Below, in pieces: positions 27,993 to 37,885 of a stretch of 64,000 bases of DNA. Both the position numbers and the translations under genes were made by a program. The notes below the pieces were generated by a model that did not search any database, was not told the origin of the DNA, and saw only the letters and a list, made by a program, of their open reading frames with translations. Origin of the DNA: Bdellovibrionales bacterium (lineage in GTDB: Bacteria > Bdellovibrionota > Bdellovibrionia > Bdellovibrionales > UBA1609); assembly GCA_965261545.1 (NCBI GenBank), contig CBDHDF010000011.1, forward strand, positions 480,001 to 544,000, read 5' to 3'. Position 1 is the stretch's first letter, and each line of letters begins with the position of its first letter.

Positions 27993-28713
27993 ATGCAAAC
28001 CGCAACAAAACGGATAGTTCAATAGCTTAGATGTTTCTGCGTAGAAAATCGCAAGGCTAAGCAAAGGCTTACTTATTTCATGTTCGTGGTGATAACAAGC
28101 GATTGCGCATAGTGTAATTTCTTTTTGAAGAGTTTTTGGCTTTTTTTTTTGACTTCCTTTCTCTCCATGAGTTTAAGTTAATTTCTAAGTAATTATTCAG
28201 GGGGTGTTATTTTAAGTGTTAAGACTCTCTTAATTTTTGATCGGACGCCTTTTGGATACACCTACTTGCACTCAAGTCGAAAATAGAAGGGTTTGACTGT
28301 TTAAGCGTACCCCTCTGAATAATTAAATTTCTAAAAGTATAAATTAAGAACTCGACTTGGTTTATTACTCAAAAAGAAAAAGAATAGGAACGAAATTTAT
28401 ACCTTTAAAAATTTATTGACCTTTCAGATAATCAATGTTAGGACTTTTATTGGTTGTGACTTTTGGATGAAAGTAAAAAGAGAGCAAAAATAAAGAACAT
28501 AAAGAATAAAGAGGCTGGGGGGAAGTATTTTTGTAACAGCTCACATCGTTATTGGTTTCATAGGAAAACCTATGGTTTGCGGTCTTACACTTTTCCTTTT
28601 GTTAGAGGGCAGGGGTGGTGGTTACAGGTTTTTCTTAGGCCTCGAACGAATACTTGACTTAATGCTTTCAGTTAATACTCACTATATTTCAATTAAAACT
28701 CATCACATACGAA

Positions 28714-28752
28714 GTGAGATCTATGGAGCGGCTTGTGCTCCATAGATCTCAT
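28714..28752. repeat. Strong intergenic hairpin
   Basis: TGAGATCTATGGAGC-N7-GCTCCATAGATCTCA, a perfect 15-bp stem. Confidence 0.8.
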
Positions 28753-28860
28753 AGGTAAGCTTAGGGGGCACCAGCTTTATTCTATATTCTCTTACTAAAA
28801 GAGAGAAACGGGTAAAACGGGTAGGTAAGCTACAGCGTAATAAATTAAATAGAGGGATGT

Positions 28861-30021
28861 ATGGGGCTTCTGAGACCTTTTTTTCGAAATTTTTCTGTTT
28901 TAATCTTTGCTTGGGCGTTAATGACCACGGGCTCTTTAGCGTCAGACGAAAATATCACCAGCTTGCCACCTTCAACCGGCTCTCTTAATGTTATCAACTA
29001 TAATTTATGGCATGATATTGGTCAGGGTATTTTCAAGCGAAAGGGGCTTGATCCACCCAACCATAAAAAACAACGCTTTCAAACTCAGCTTAAAGAGTTG
29101 GAAGAGGCTCGTCCTGATATTTTATTTTTACAAGAACTGAATCCAATTTCATCTTTCTCGAAAAAAATAGCTCAAAAGTTGGGCATGTTTGGTATTTATC
29201 ATGTTACAAACTGTGGAATCTCTGTTTTAGGCTTAGGAATTCCCACTAATTTAAGTATGGGAATTGCTATTCTTGTACGTCCGCCTTTCCAAATTAAAAA
29301 AATCAAGGGATTCAAGCTTAGTGGTCCCTTCGGGTTTTGTCATAATCCTCTTTTTACATTTCAATATGATGAATTTAGGTATGGACTTTTTGCTATGGCA
29401 AGTCATCCAGACTATGGTTCCATGTTGCTAGTGAATACTCACTTTCACCATGGCGTAAAGTGGAGCCCTCAAGTTCGTGAAAAACTTAACACATGGGAAA
29501 GCAATGAAGTTCTTACGAGTGCACAAAGAGTAGAGATCGAAGAAACCATTGATGACTCCAACCTAAGAAGAATGCAGGAGTTACAAAATCTTTTCAATAA
29601 AGTTGAACAACTTCAGAAAGATAATCCGCTTCCTCTTATTTTAGCCGGAGATTTCAATTTCACTGTCCATTCTCTTATTTATAAAGAACTTATTGAAACC
29701 TATCAGCTTCGAAACACTATGTCTACCTACTTTCCCCGTCCGTACACATGGGATCCCTTAAAAAATAAAAAAAATCACCAATATACATCGCTTTTTGGTT
29801 TTTCGGTATCTACCTTTGACATCAAGGAAGTGCAAGATTTCTTTAGGAAATATAATGGGCGCCCAAGACGAATTGATTATATTTTTCTTAGTTCTCAATT
29901 TGAAGAAGTTATCTCCAGTGCTCTTTTTGGCCATAAACCAAGTCTTGATGGCATTATAGGATCCGATCATTTTGAAGTTATTTCAAATCTACATCTAAAA
30001 AAAATAAGTAGAAGTGTATAA
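28861..30021 (+). CDS. Secreted endonuclease/exonuclease/phosphatase (EEP) family protein
   Basis: Signal peptide; NYNL, LQE, NTH, AGDFN, RIDYIF, SDH motifs. Confidence 0.9.
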   Translation: MGLLRPFFRNFSVLIFAWALMTTGSLASDENITSLPPSTGSLNVINYNLWHDIGQGIFKRKGLDPPNHKKQRFQTQLKELEEARPDILFLQELNPISSFSKKIAQKLGMFGIYHVTNCGISVLGLGIPTNLSMGIAILVRPPFQIKKIKGFKLSGPFGFCHNPLFTFQYDEFRYGLFAMASHPDYGSMLLVNTHFHHGVKWSPQVREKLNTWESNEVLTSAQRVEIEETIDDSNLRRMQELQNLFNKVEQLQKDNPLPLILAGDFNFTVHSLIYKELIETYQLRNTMSTYFPRPYTWDPLKNKKNHQYTSLFGFSVSTFDIKEVQDFFRKYNGRPRRIDYIFLSSQFEEVISSALFGHKPSLDGIIGSDHFEVISNLHLKKISRSV

Positions 30022-30179
30022 CAGCATTAGCATATATATGTATGAGAACACGATAAAGCATATGTATGATAGGGTAGGGATAAAAAAGAATCAATGAAAA
30101 AAAGATATGAAATTATGAATGTTCAAAGAGAAATTGATATACATGAGATATATCTATATGGATCTTATAGGAGTGTTTC

Positions 30180-33100
30180 ATGATAAGTTTAGGGGAACAT
30201 TTTAAAGAAGAATTCTCAAATATTATTCAAGAGCGTGGGAAAATTTATCTTAAAGAAAAAAAGATAAAAATTATTGCTCGTGATAATAACTCTATTGTTT
30301 TCGATGTTCATGGCACACAAGAAAACTATACTTGTTATATAGATTGGAAAAAAAATGAAAAGGAACAAGTGCTTTCAGTTTCTTGCCCTTGCCCTCATTA
30401 CAAACAAGGCTATAACTGTAAGCACCTTTGGGCCAGCATACTTTATGGCGATGAAAAGAGAGTTTGGAATAACAACATCACTGGTTCACGTCCCATTTAT
30501 CTCTTGAGAGATAATGAATCTTATAAATTGAAAAATGAGTCTATTCAGAGTGAACCTAGTAATTACAAAACTAAACTTTCCCATGAGGGCCATGAAGATT
30601 ATAAAGGTCAAGAACTACAGTACCTTCCCATCGCAAAAGTTCATCAGATATCCGAACAAGAACCAAAGCCATGGAAACAATGGGCTCAGAGTTTATCTCA
30701 ATCTTCTCTTTCACTCAACAAACAAAGATCCAAATCTTTCCAAGCTTACTACATCATAGATTCTTCAAGCTCTTCAGATTCTTCTCAAAACACATATGAA
30801 TATAAGGTTCCGATCAAGCTTTACTTCCAAGAAGTGGGAAAAGATATGGAAAGTGCCCCTATAAAACTGGGGATTTCTGAGCAAGAGGTTCCCCTTTTTA
30901 AAGATTTCCAAGATAGAGAAATCCTCAAAGTCTTATTTTCATTACTAAAAGAAAACCCCTCAGACTATGGAGACATACCTCCTATTTCGATGGTATTTAT
31001 ACCTCAGAACTTTCAAAATTTACTTCTTTCAAAGATGGTAAGCACTGGACGTCTCTTTTTGGGATCTCTCCATACAGAGCAAGGAAGTTTTTCTACCCCT
31101 CTTAAGCACCAAGAGTCTGTAGGTTCACTATCTGTCGAAGTCATAGAAGTTCCTAGTGGATATCAGGTTACCGGCAAGCTCAATCATCCCATTGAAGAAA
31201 AAGAGTGGGATGTCACAGAGGTTCCTCTTATTACCAAAGAAGGAATCTATGCCACAAATACACATATTGGCCATTTGGATGCTAAGTACTACGATTGGCT
31301 TCAGTTTTTGAGGAGTTTAAAAGGTGAGACCATTACTAAAGATGAGGGGGGCTTTCTTGTTATGACTCTTTCGGCCATTGCTGAGACTCCTCCTATTCAG
31401 TGGCCTGAATCTTTAAAGTGGCGTAAAATTTCTATTCGCCCTCAACCGAAGGTTATCATAGATTATCCAAGCCATGGCTTTTATACAGGTCTATGTGCAC
31501 AAGTAAGATATATGTACGAAGATAAAGATATTGGTCTTCGAATAAAAAATAAATATGTTACAAATGAAGAAAAGAGGATTTTATATCTAAGAGATACATC
31601 CTCTGAAAATGAATATTTACAACAATTGATAGAGTGTGGATTCTCAGATACTCCTCCCTACCTAAGCGATTATGATTTTTGTCTTTCTCAGAGTCAATTT
31701 CTTCCGGCTATTGAAGAGCTAATTGCCAAAGGCTGGGAAGTAGAAGCCTATGGGAGAAAAGTCAAAACAGCCCAGAAATTTAACTTGTCAGTTTCATCTG
31801 GTATAAACTGGTTTGACTTAGATGCCGAAATTGATTTTAACAGTTCTGATTCTAACACATTGTCAGTCACTCTCCCATCTATTCTTGCATCTCTTAAAGC
31901 CGGCCATAAACTTATACCTCTAGGCTCACAAGAGTTTGGTATGATACCTGAGGAATGGCTTGAGAAGTACGTAAAACTTGCAAATATGGGAGAGAGACAT
32001 AAGGACAAAGACAAAAACAAAAATACAATTAGGTTTACAAAGGCCCAAGGCTTCTTTCTTGATGAATACCTCTCAGAAGAAGAAGATGTTAAATTCGATC
32101 TCGATTTTAAGAAATTTCAGAAGAATATCAAAAAATTTAAGATGCAAAAGGAAAGTGAGCCCTCCAAATTTTTTAATGGTACTTTAAGGAATTATCAAAA
32201 ACAAGGTCTCTCCTGGATGGAGTACTTAAAGCACTTTGAAATTGGTGGTATTTTAGCTGATGATATGGGTCTTGGGAAAACGATACAGGTTCTTTCTTTT
32301 TTACAGAAAGAGGTAAGGAAAATAAGGCGAAATAAATGTCATAAACCTAGCCTTATCATCGTTCCAAAAAGCCTCGTTTTTAATTGGAAAAATGAAGCCA
32401 ACACGTTTACTCCTAAAATGAAGGTCGCCACTTACGTTGGTTTGAATCGATTGGAAATGCTTTCAGAAATGATTGAAAATGATATTGTTATTACCACCTA
32501 CCACACACTAAGAAGAGATTTCCATTGCTTTTCTAAGCAATCATTTCATTATGTGATTATAGATGAAGCCCAGGCCATCAAAAATGACACATCTCAAATC
32601 AGTCAGGCATGTAAAAAGATACCAGGTCGAAACAAACTTGCTCTCACAGGGACTCCCGTTGAAAATTCTATTACAGATCTATTTTCCATTATGGATTTTA
32701 CCAACCCAGGACTTATCAGTGCTCCTCTAAAGAGACAATTTAATAAAAAAGCAACTCTTGTTAGCTCTTCCAACCATAAAGAGTTAGCATCTCTTAATAA
32801 GGCTCTCTCCCCTCTCATTTTAAGAAGAACAAAAGAACAGGTTCTCAAGGATCTTCCTAGCAAGTCAATAAGTACTCTCAAGTGCGAATTATCGTTCAGA
32901 GAAAAGAAAATATATAATGACTTGAAATCTTACTACCAAGTGAATTTATCTAAAAAGTTTGCCAAAAAAGGATTTAAAAGAAGTAAGATAGATGTTTTAG
33001 AAGCCTTATTGAGGCTAAGGCAAGCGGCATGTCACCCTCGCCTTCTCAACAAAGGTCATCGTAATTGCAGAAGTGCCAAAATGGACACTCTACTTGAAAG

Positions 33101-33578
33101 GCTTCAAGAAATTAGTAGCAGTGGGCATAAGTGCCTTGTTTTTTCACAATTTACTTCTTTCTTAAAAATTGTTCAGAACCAACTGGATCGTGGTAAAATC
33201 AAGTATTGTTACTTAGATGGACAAACTTCAAAGCGACAAGAGTTGGTAGATACTTTTCAAACAGACCCTCGATTTAAAGTTTTTCTTATTAGCTTGAAGG
33301 CTGGAGGAGTAGGGCTCAATCTTACGGCAGCCGATTATGTTTTTATTTTGGACCCATGGTGGAACCCCGCAGCTGAGTTTCAGGCCATTGACCGAACTCA
33401 TCGTATAGGTCAGAAAAATAAGGTCATGGCCTATAAGTTGATCTCAAAGGGCACTGTGGAAGAAAAAATTCTTCAACTCCAAGAAACTAAAAAAGAACTG
33501 TCAAATGCCATTCTTAGCTCTGATACAGGGATGCTTAAAAAGCTCTCCATGGAGGATCTTAATTTCCTATTGACTTGA
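30180..33578 (+). CDS. SWIM zinc finger + SNF2-family helicase
   Basis: CPC...CKH; LADDMGLGKT; DEAQ; LTGTP; FSQF; SLKAGGVGLNL; DPWWNPA; QAIDRTHRIGQ. Confidence 0.95.
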   Translation: MISLGEHFKEEFSNIIQERGKIYLKEKKIKIIARDNNSIVFDVHGTQENYTCYIDWKKNEKEQVLSVSCPCPHYKQGYNCKHLWASILYGDEKRVWNNNITGSRPIYLLRDNESYKLKNESIQSEPSNYKTKLSHEGHEDYKGQELQYLPIAKVHQISEQEPKPWKQWAQSLSQSSLSLNKQRSKSFQAYYIIDSSSSSDSSQNTYEYKVPIKLYFQEVGKDMESAPIKLGISEQEVPLFKDFQDREILKVLFSLLKENPSDYGDIPPISMVFIPQNFQNLLLSKMVSTGRLFLGSLHTEQGSFSTPLKHQESVGSLSVEVIEVPSGYQVTGKLNHPIEEKEWDVTEVPLITKEGIYATNTHIGHLDAKYYDWLQFLRSLKGETITKDEGGFLVMTLSAIAETPPIQWPESLKWRKISIRPQPKVIIDYPSHGFYTGLCAQVRYMYEDKDIGLRIKNKYVTNEEKRILYLRDTSSENEYLQQLIECGFSDTPPYLSDYDFCLSQSQFLPAIEELIAKGWEVEAYGRKVKTAQKFNLSVSSGINWFDLDAEIDFNSSDSNTLSVTLPSILASLKAGHKLIPLGSQEFGMIPEEWLEKYVKLANMGERHKDKDKNKNTIRFTKAQGFFLDEYLSEEEDVKFDLDFKKFQKNIKKFKMQKESEPSKFFNGTLRNYQKQGLSWMEYLKHFEIGGILADDMGLGKTIQVLSFLQKEVRKIRRNKCHKPSLIIVPKSLVFNWKNEANTFTPKMKVATYVGLNRLEMLSEMIENDIVITTYHTLRRDFHCFSKQSFHYVIIDEAQAIKNDTSQISQACKKIPGRNKLALTGTPVENSITDLFSIMDFTNPGLISAPLKRQFNKKATLVSSSNHKELASLNKALSPLILRRTKEQVLKDLPSKSISTLKCELSFREKKIYNDLKSYYQVNLSKKFAKKGFKRSKIDVLEALLRLRQAACHPRLLNKGHRNCRSAKMDTLLERLQEISSSGHKCLVFSQFTSFLKIVQNQLDRGKIKYCYLDGQTSKRQELVDTFQTDPRFKVFLISLKAGGVGLNLTAADYVFILDPWWNPAAEFQAIDRTHRIGQKNKVMAYKLISKGTVEEKILQLQETKKELSNAILSSDTGMLKKLSMEDLNFLLT

Positions 33579-33692
33579 CATGATCTGATGACATGAGAAT
33601 ACGAACTGAATCGATTGCAAGGTGATTGAAAACCAACTTGAGAGTCCGCAGTTTTTGTCCATAAGGGGGCTAAGTTATACCTCCCCAACACT

Positions 33693-33770
33693 CAATGCCG
33701 TTTCCTTAAGAAAAATCTCTTGAAATCATTAGATAAATCGACAAGAATAAGACTTGTTTTATTTTACACC
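33693..33770 (+). mobile_element. Left-end remnant of IS4-family element A
   Basis: TIR CAATGCCGTTTCCTTAAG; near-identical to 60986 onward. Confidence 0.9.
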
Positions 33771-34143
33771 GGGACTGTAAAAATAATTGTGTAACTGCAA
33801 TTTTTTTCTTAAATCTTAAAGCCACTTATGTGGCTCCACTCCTGGTAAAAAGCACAGCCCCATATTATTCGTCAATGTATAATTGACATTTTTTCCTTCA
33901 AGCGATTTTGTCAGTCACAATGCATTATAATTTAATTGGGAGATGGAGCCGTAATGGGATCATACCAGAACTGGAAAGAACTCAAATAAATAATTATCAT
34001 CTTGGTTGGAAAAAAATCAGCAATAGCTCTCTCAAAAAAATGGAAATTCCAATCTCATCAAAGGGTTCATGTGTTTAGGTTCCCATACTATATTACCCCC
34101 TTTTTTTTATTTTTTTTAACTTGGGATATTCGAGAAATACCAG
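33771..34143 (-). mobile_element. Right-end fragment of a variant IS256-family element
   Basis: GGGACTGTAAAAATAATTGTGTAACTGC IR; reverse complement of the IS256 tail with SNPs and a ~65-bp indel. Confidence 0.88.
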
Positions 34144-34144
34144 C

Positions 34145-35424
34145 TATAGTGGACCCCAAAAACAGACTGGTTGCTAAGTTACACCGCAGCGGGTAAAAAG
34201 CCCCTCATAGGAGGGGATAATGAGAAAGAAACACAGCGCACAATTTAAGGCCAGAGTCGCACTTGACGCCATTCGTGAGACTGACACAATGGCAGAGTTG
34301 GCCTCCAAGCATGGAGTTCACCGCATCCAAATCCAAGATTGGAAGAAGCAAGCTATTGAAGCCATTCCTAAGGCCTTAGCGAGCAAAAAAAAGGACAACA
34401 ACGAGGTAGAAGAACAAAGAAAAACCATTGATGAATTGTATCGGCAAATAGGGCAGTTAAAGGTTGAAAATGATTGGTTAAAAAAAAAATCTGAGAGCTT
34501 CAATGCCTGAGAAAAAAGCCGCTATCAATTGGAAACATCCAAATATTTGTGTCACTCGCCAATGTGAGTTGCTAGGACTCTCTAAGGGAGCCTTGTACTA
34601 CAAGCCCATACCTGAGAGTGCCTACAACTTAAAACTGATGAGTTTAATTGACAAACAGTACTTGGAGACCCCTTTTTATGGGAGCCGTAAAATGGCAGCT
34701 CACTTAAGACTTAATGGCCATGGGGTCAACCGCAAGAGGATTCAGCGGCTCATGGAAAAGATGTGTCTTTTCGCTATCTTCCCAGGTCCAAACACCAGTC
34801 AGCGAAACCATCAGCATAAGGTTTATCCCTACCTACTTAAGGGGCTTAATATCTGCTTCCCCAACCAAGTGTGGGCTACTGATATTACTTTTATAAGGTT
34901 GTCTGGTGGCTTTGCTTACTTGGTAGCTGTGATAGATTGGTTTAGCCGATTTGTTCTGTCTTGGAGACTTTCTAATAGCCTTGAGACAACTTTTTGTTTA
35001 GAAGTCTTTGAGGAAGCCATAGAAACATTTGGTTGCCCTGATATCGTCAATACTGATCAAGGGTGCCAATTCACTTCTGAGGTTTTCACAAAATTATTGA
35101 AAAATCATGGAATCTCGATCAGTATGGACGGCAAAGGCAGGTGTTTAGACAACATCATGATCGAGCGGCTTTGGCGGTCTGTTAAGTACGAAGAGGTTTA
35201 CTTGAAAGGCTATCAAGACAAATCAATGGTTCAAGCCAACAAAGGTTTTAAAACGTATTTTAATTTTTATAATAATAAAAGGCCACACCAGTCTCTTCAG
35301 GATTGCACCCCTTATCAGGTGCATATGGGAGAGGTGGATTTAACACATTAACACGGGGCTTCTTTGTGCGCTGTGGTGTAGCTTAAAAATCAAGTTTTTC
35401 AGTCTGACATTGGGGTCCACCTCA
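34145..35424 (+). mobile_element. IS3-family element
   Basis: IRs TATAGTGGACCCCAAAAACAGACTG / TGAGGTGGACCCCAATGTCAGACTG; orfA/orfB organisation; no target duplication. Confidence 0.9.
34220..35351 (+). CDS. IS3 transposase OrfA (34220-34510) and OrfB (to 35351), probably joined by a -1 frameshift
   Basis: HTH OrfA; A10 run at 34480-34489; [32 protein letters not shown]. Confidence 0.92.
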
Positions 35425-35996
35425 TACCGTCTTAAGAGCGATTTGGTAGCCTTCGTAATTTGTTCCTGAACTTTATCTGCTTCCTAAATTTCTGATAGAG
35501 CCCCGCAACAAAAAGGGGGATGCTACCTGAAATCCCTAAAAGTTGTAACTAGGTTTAATGTATTGCGTTAACTTTCCTCTCTTCCTATGGAATTGGCTGC
35601 TGTCAACGGTTTGAGAGGTTTAATAGTATTAATATATTTAATATGATTCATAAGAATTTGCTGCGAAAGGTCCTCTTCGTCCCCATTGGATAGATGAGGC
35701 ATAGTGGTAGCCACAGCCACCGTCACATTTGAAACAGATAAAAAACATCATTTTGTCTTGGGAAGCCCATCTATTTGGAAGGCTGAAAAAATATCCTTTT
35801 GTTTTTTAGACAGCTCTCCAAGCATCAGATCACCTGTAGCTAATTCATAAAATTTTAATCGGTCCATCATTTTGTAAATTTCTATTTTAGACATTTTTTT
35901 ATATAACTTCTTATCTTTCATAACAGTATCAATATGTGAAATTAAAATTAAAGAGAGAAAATTAATAAAGATGCTTCCCCTCATATTCATGAGAGA

Positions 35997-37885
35997 GAGC
36001 CTGTAAACTATTTTGTGTAACTGCCGAATCATATTAGGATGAACTATCATCCTGAAAGGAGAAGGCAGAATGGATATCAAGACAATAGGCAAGGAACTAG
36101 CGAAGAACGTCAAGACCCAAAAGGATTTATCCGACATAACGGGTCAACTGATGAAGGTTGTTTTAGAGACGGCCCTTAATGCGGAAATGGACGATCACCT
36201 AGGTTATGAGAGGCATGAGAAGTCTGAGACCCGCAAATCCAACACTCGCAATGGTTACAGTAGAAAGACCATAAAGGGAGAGAAAGGCGAGGTGGAGCTT
36301 CAGGTCCCCCGTGACCGAAGTGCCTCCTTTGAACCTCAAGTCATTCCCAAGGGTAAGACTCGTCTTGAGGGCTTTGAAGACAGTATCCTGACCCTCTATG
36401 CGAGGGGAATGACGACCAGGGATATTCAAGGAGCTATCAAAGACCTCTACCATGGTGCAGAGATATCCCACTCAGTGATAGCCAACGTGACGGATGCTGT
36501 TATTGATGAAGTTACGGCTTGGCAGAACCGCCCCTTGGATAGCACTTACCCTATCGTATTTTTGGACTGTATCGTGGTGAAGGTCCATCAAGACAAGAGA
36601 GTTATTAATAAGGCGATTTACCTAGCTCTTGGTATTACAGAGGAGGGTCAGAAAGACTTGTTGGGCCTATGGATTTCTGAAAATGAGGGTTCAAAGTTTT
36701 GGTTGAGTGTTTTGACTGAGCTGCAAAATCGAGGGTTGAAAGATGTATTTATATTTTCTGTAGATGGTCTTACAGGTTTTCCTCAAGCCATTTCAGCGGC
36801 TTTTCCCAAGTCTAAAGTGCAACTGTGCATTGTCCATATGGTCCGCAATTCCCTTCGCTATGTTCCTTCCAAGGATATGAAAGCTGTCGCCCAAGACCTC
36901 AAGTCCATTTATGGCTCTACGACTCTGACAGAAGCTGAAAAGGCCCTTGAGGAATTTTGTACCAAGTGGTCTTCAAAGTATCCTAATATTGAAAAGTCTT
37001 GGCGTAGGAATTGGGACAATCTCATCACTATTTTCGATTATCCGGATGAAATCAGAAAGATTTTTTATACCACAAACGCCATAGAGTCGTTAAATAGCGT
37101 GATCCGCAAGGCGATCAGAAATCGTAAGATATTTCCCAGTGATCGGTCGGCTTTAAAAGTTGTATATTTAGCGATAAAAATGGCCTCTAAGCGATGGACA
37201 CGACCATTACACAACTGGAAGCCAGCCATGAACAGGTTTGCCATTGAATACGGTGACCGTTTTGACAACTAAGTTTTTTAATAAGGTCCACCACCTGCCT
37301 TATAAGGGGGCTTAAAAGCCCCTCTAAGGCGTTGACAGAAGTACTGGAATACCGAGACTATGGTTAGGGTAATATAGTATGGGAACCTAAATACATGCCC
37401 TCTTGGTGCAGATTTGGGTTTCCATTTTTTTTCATATTTCATCCCAATTCTGGTATTTCTCGAATATCCTAAGTTAAAAAAAATAAAAAAAAGGGGGTAA
37501 TATAGTATGGGAACCTAAACACATGAACCCTTTGATGAGATTGGAATTTCCATTTTTTTGAGAGAGCCATTGCTGATTTTTTTTCAACCAAGATGATAAT
37601 TATTTATTTGAGTTCTTTCCAGTTCTGATATGATCCCATTACGGCTCCATAATACAATCAAAAGTCCAGAGTAACTAAAGAGGCCAATTATATAGACCAG
37701 CGAAGATGTCCACCTCCCCATTAACTTATAATGCATTGTGACTGACAAAATCGCTTGAAGGAAAAAATGTCAATTATACATTGACGAATAATATGGGACT
37801 GTGCTTTTTACCAGGAGTGGAGCCACATAAGTGGCTTTAAGATTTAAGAAAAAAATTGCAGTTACACAATTATTTTTACAGTCCC
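35997..37885 (+). mobile_element. IS256-family element, intact copy 1
   Basis: IRs GAGCCTGTAAACTATTTTGTGTAACTGC / GGGACTGTAAAAATAATTGTGTAACTGC; 8-bp TSD ATGAGAGA. Confidence 0.95.
36070..37272 (+). CDS. IS256 (Mutator) transposase
   Basis: RNGY, VPRDR, FLDC, VDGLTGF, QLCIVHMVRN, YTTNAIESLN. Confidence 0.96.
   Translation: MDIKTIGKELAKNVKTQKDLSDITGQLMKVVLETALNAEMDDHLGYERHEKSETRKSNTRNGYSRKTIKGEKGEVELQVPRDRSASFEPQVIPKGKTRLEGFEDSILTLYARGMTTRDIQGAIKDLYHGAEISHSVIANVTDAVIDEVTAWQNRPLDSTYPIVFLDCIVVKVHQDKRVINKAIYLALGITEEGQKDLLGLWISENEGSKFWLSVLTELQNRGLKDVFIFSVDGLTGFPQAISAAFPKSKVQLCIVHMVRNSLRYVPSKDMKAVAQDLKSIYGSTTLTEAEKALEEFCTKWSSKYPNIEKSWRRNWDNLITIFDYPDEIRKIFYTTNAIESLNSVIRKAIRNRKIFPSDRSALKVVYLAIKMASKRWTRPLHNWKPAMNRFAIEYGDRFDN

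Noticed and set aside
27211..28064. ORFs antisense to or overlapping the integrase tail and the tRNA
   Set aside because: Artefacts of the low-complexity insert and the tRNA sequence.
28463..28657. 64-aa ORF between the tRNA and the EEP gene
   Set aside because: TTG start, no clear RBS and no recognisable motif.
28861..33578. EEP + SWIM-SNF2 as a defence system
   Set aside because: Both are common stand-alone genes, the EEP protein has a signal peptide, and no methylase or other defence partner is adjacent.
37367..37525. CRISPR-like repeat pair in the IS256 tail
   Set aside because: Only two units, a ~97-nt spacer, similarity extends beyond the repeat, and no cas genes are present.
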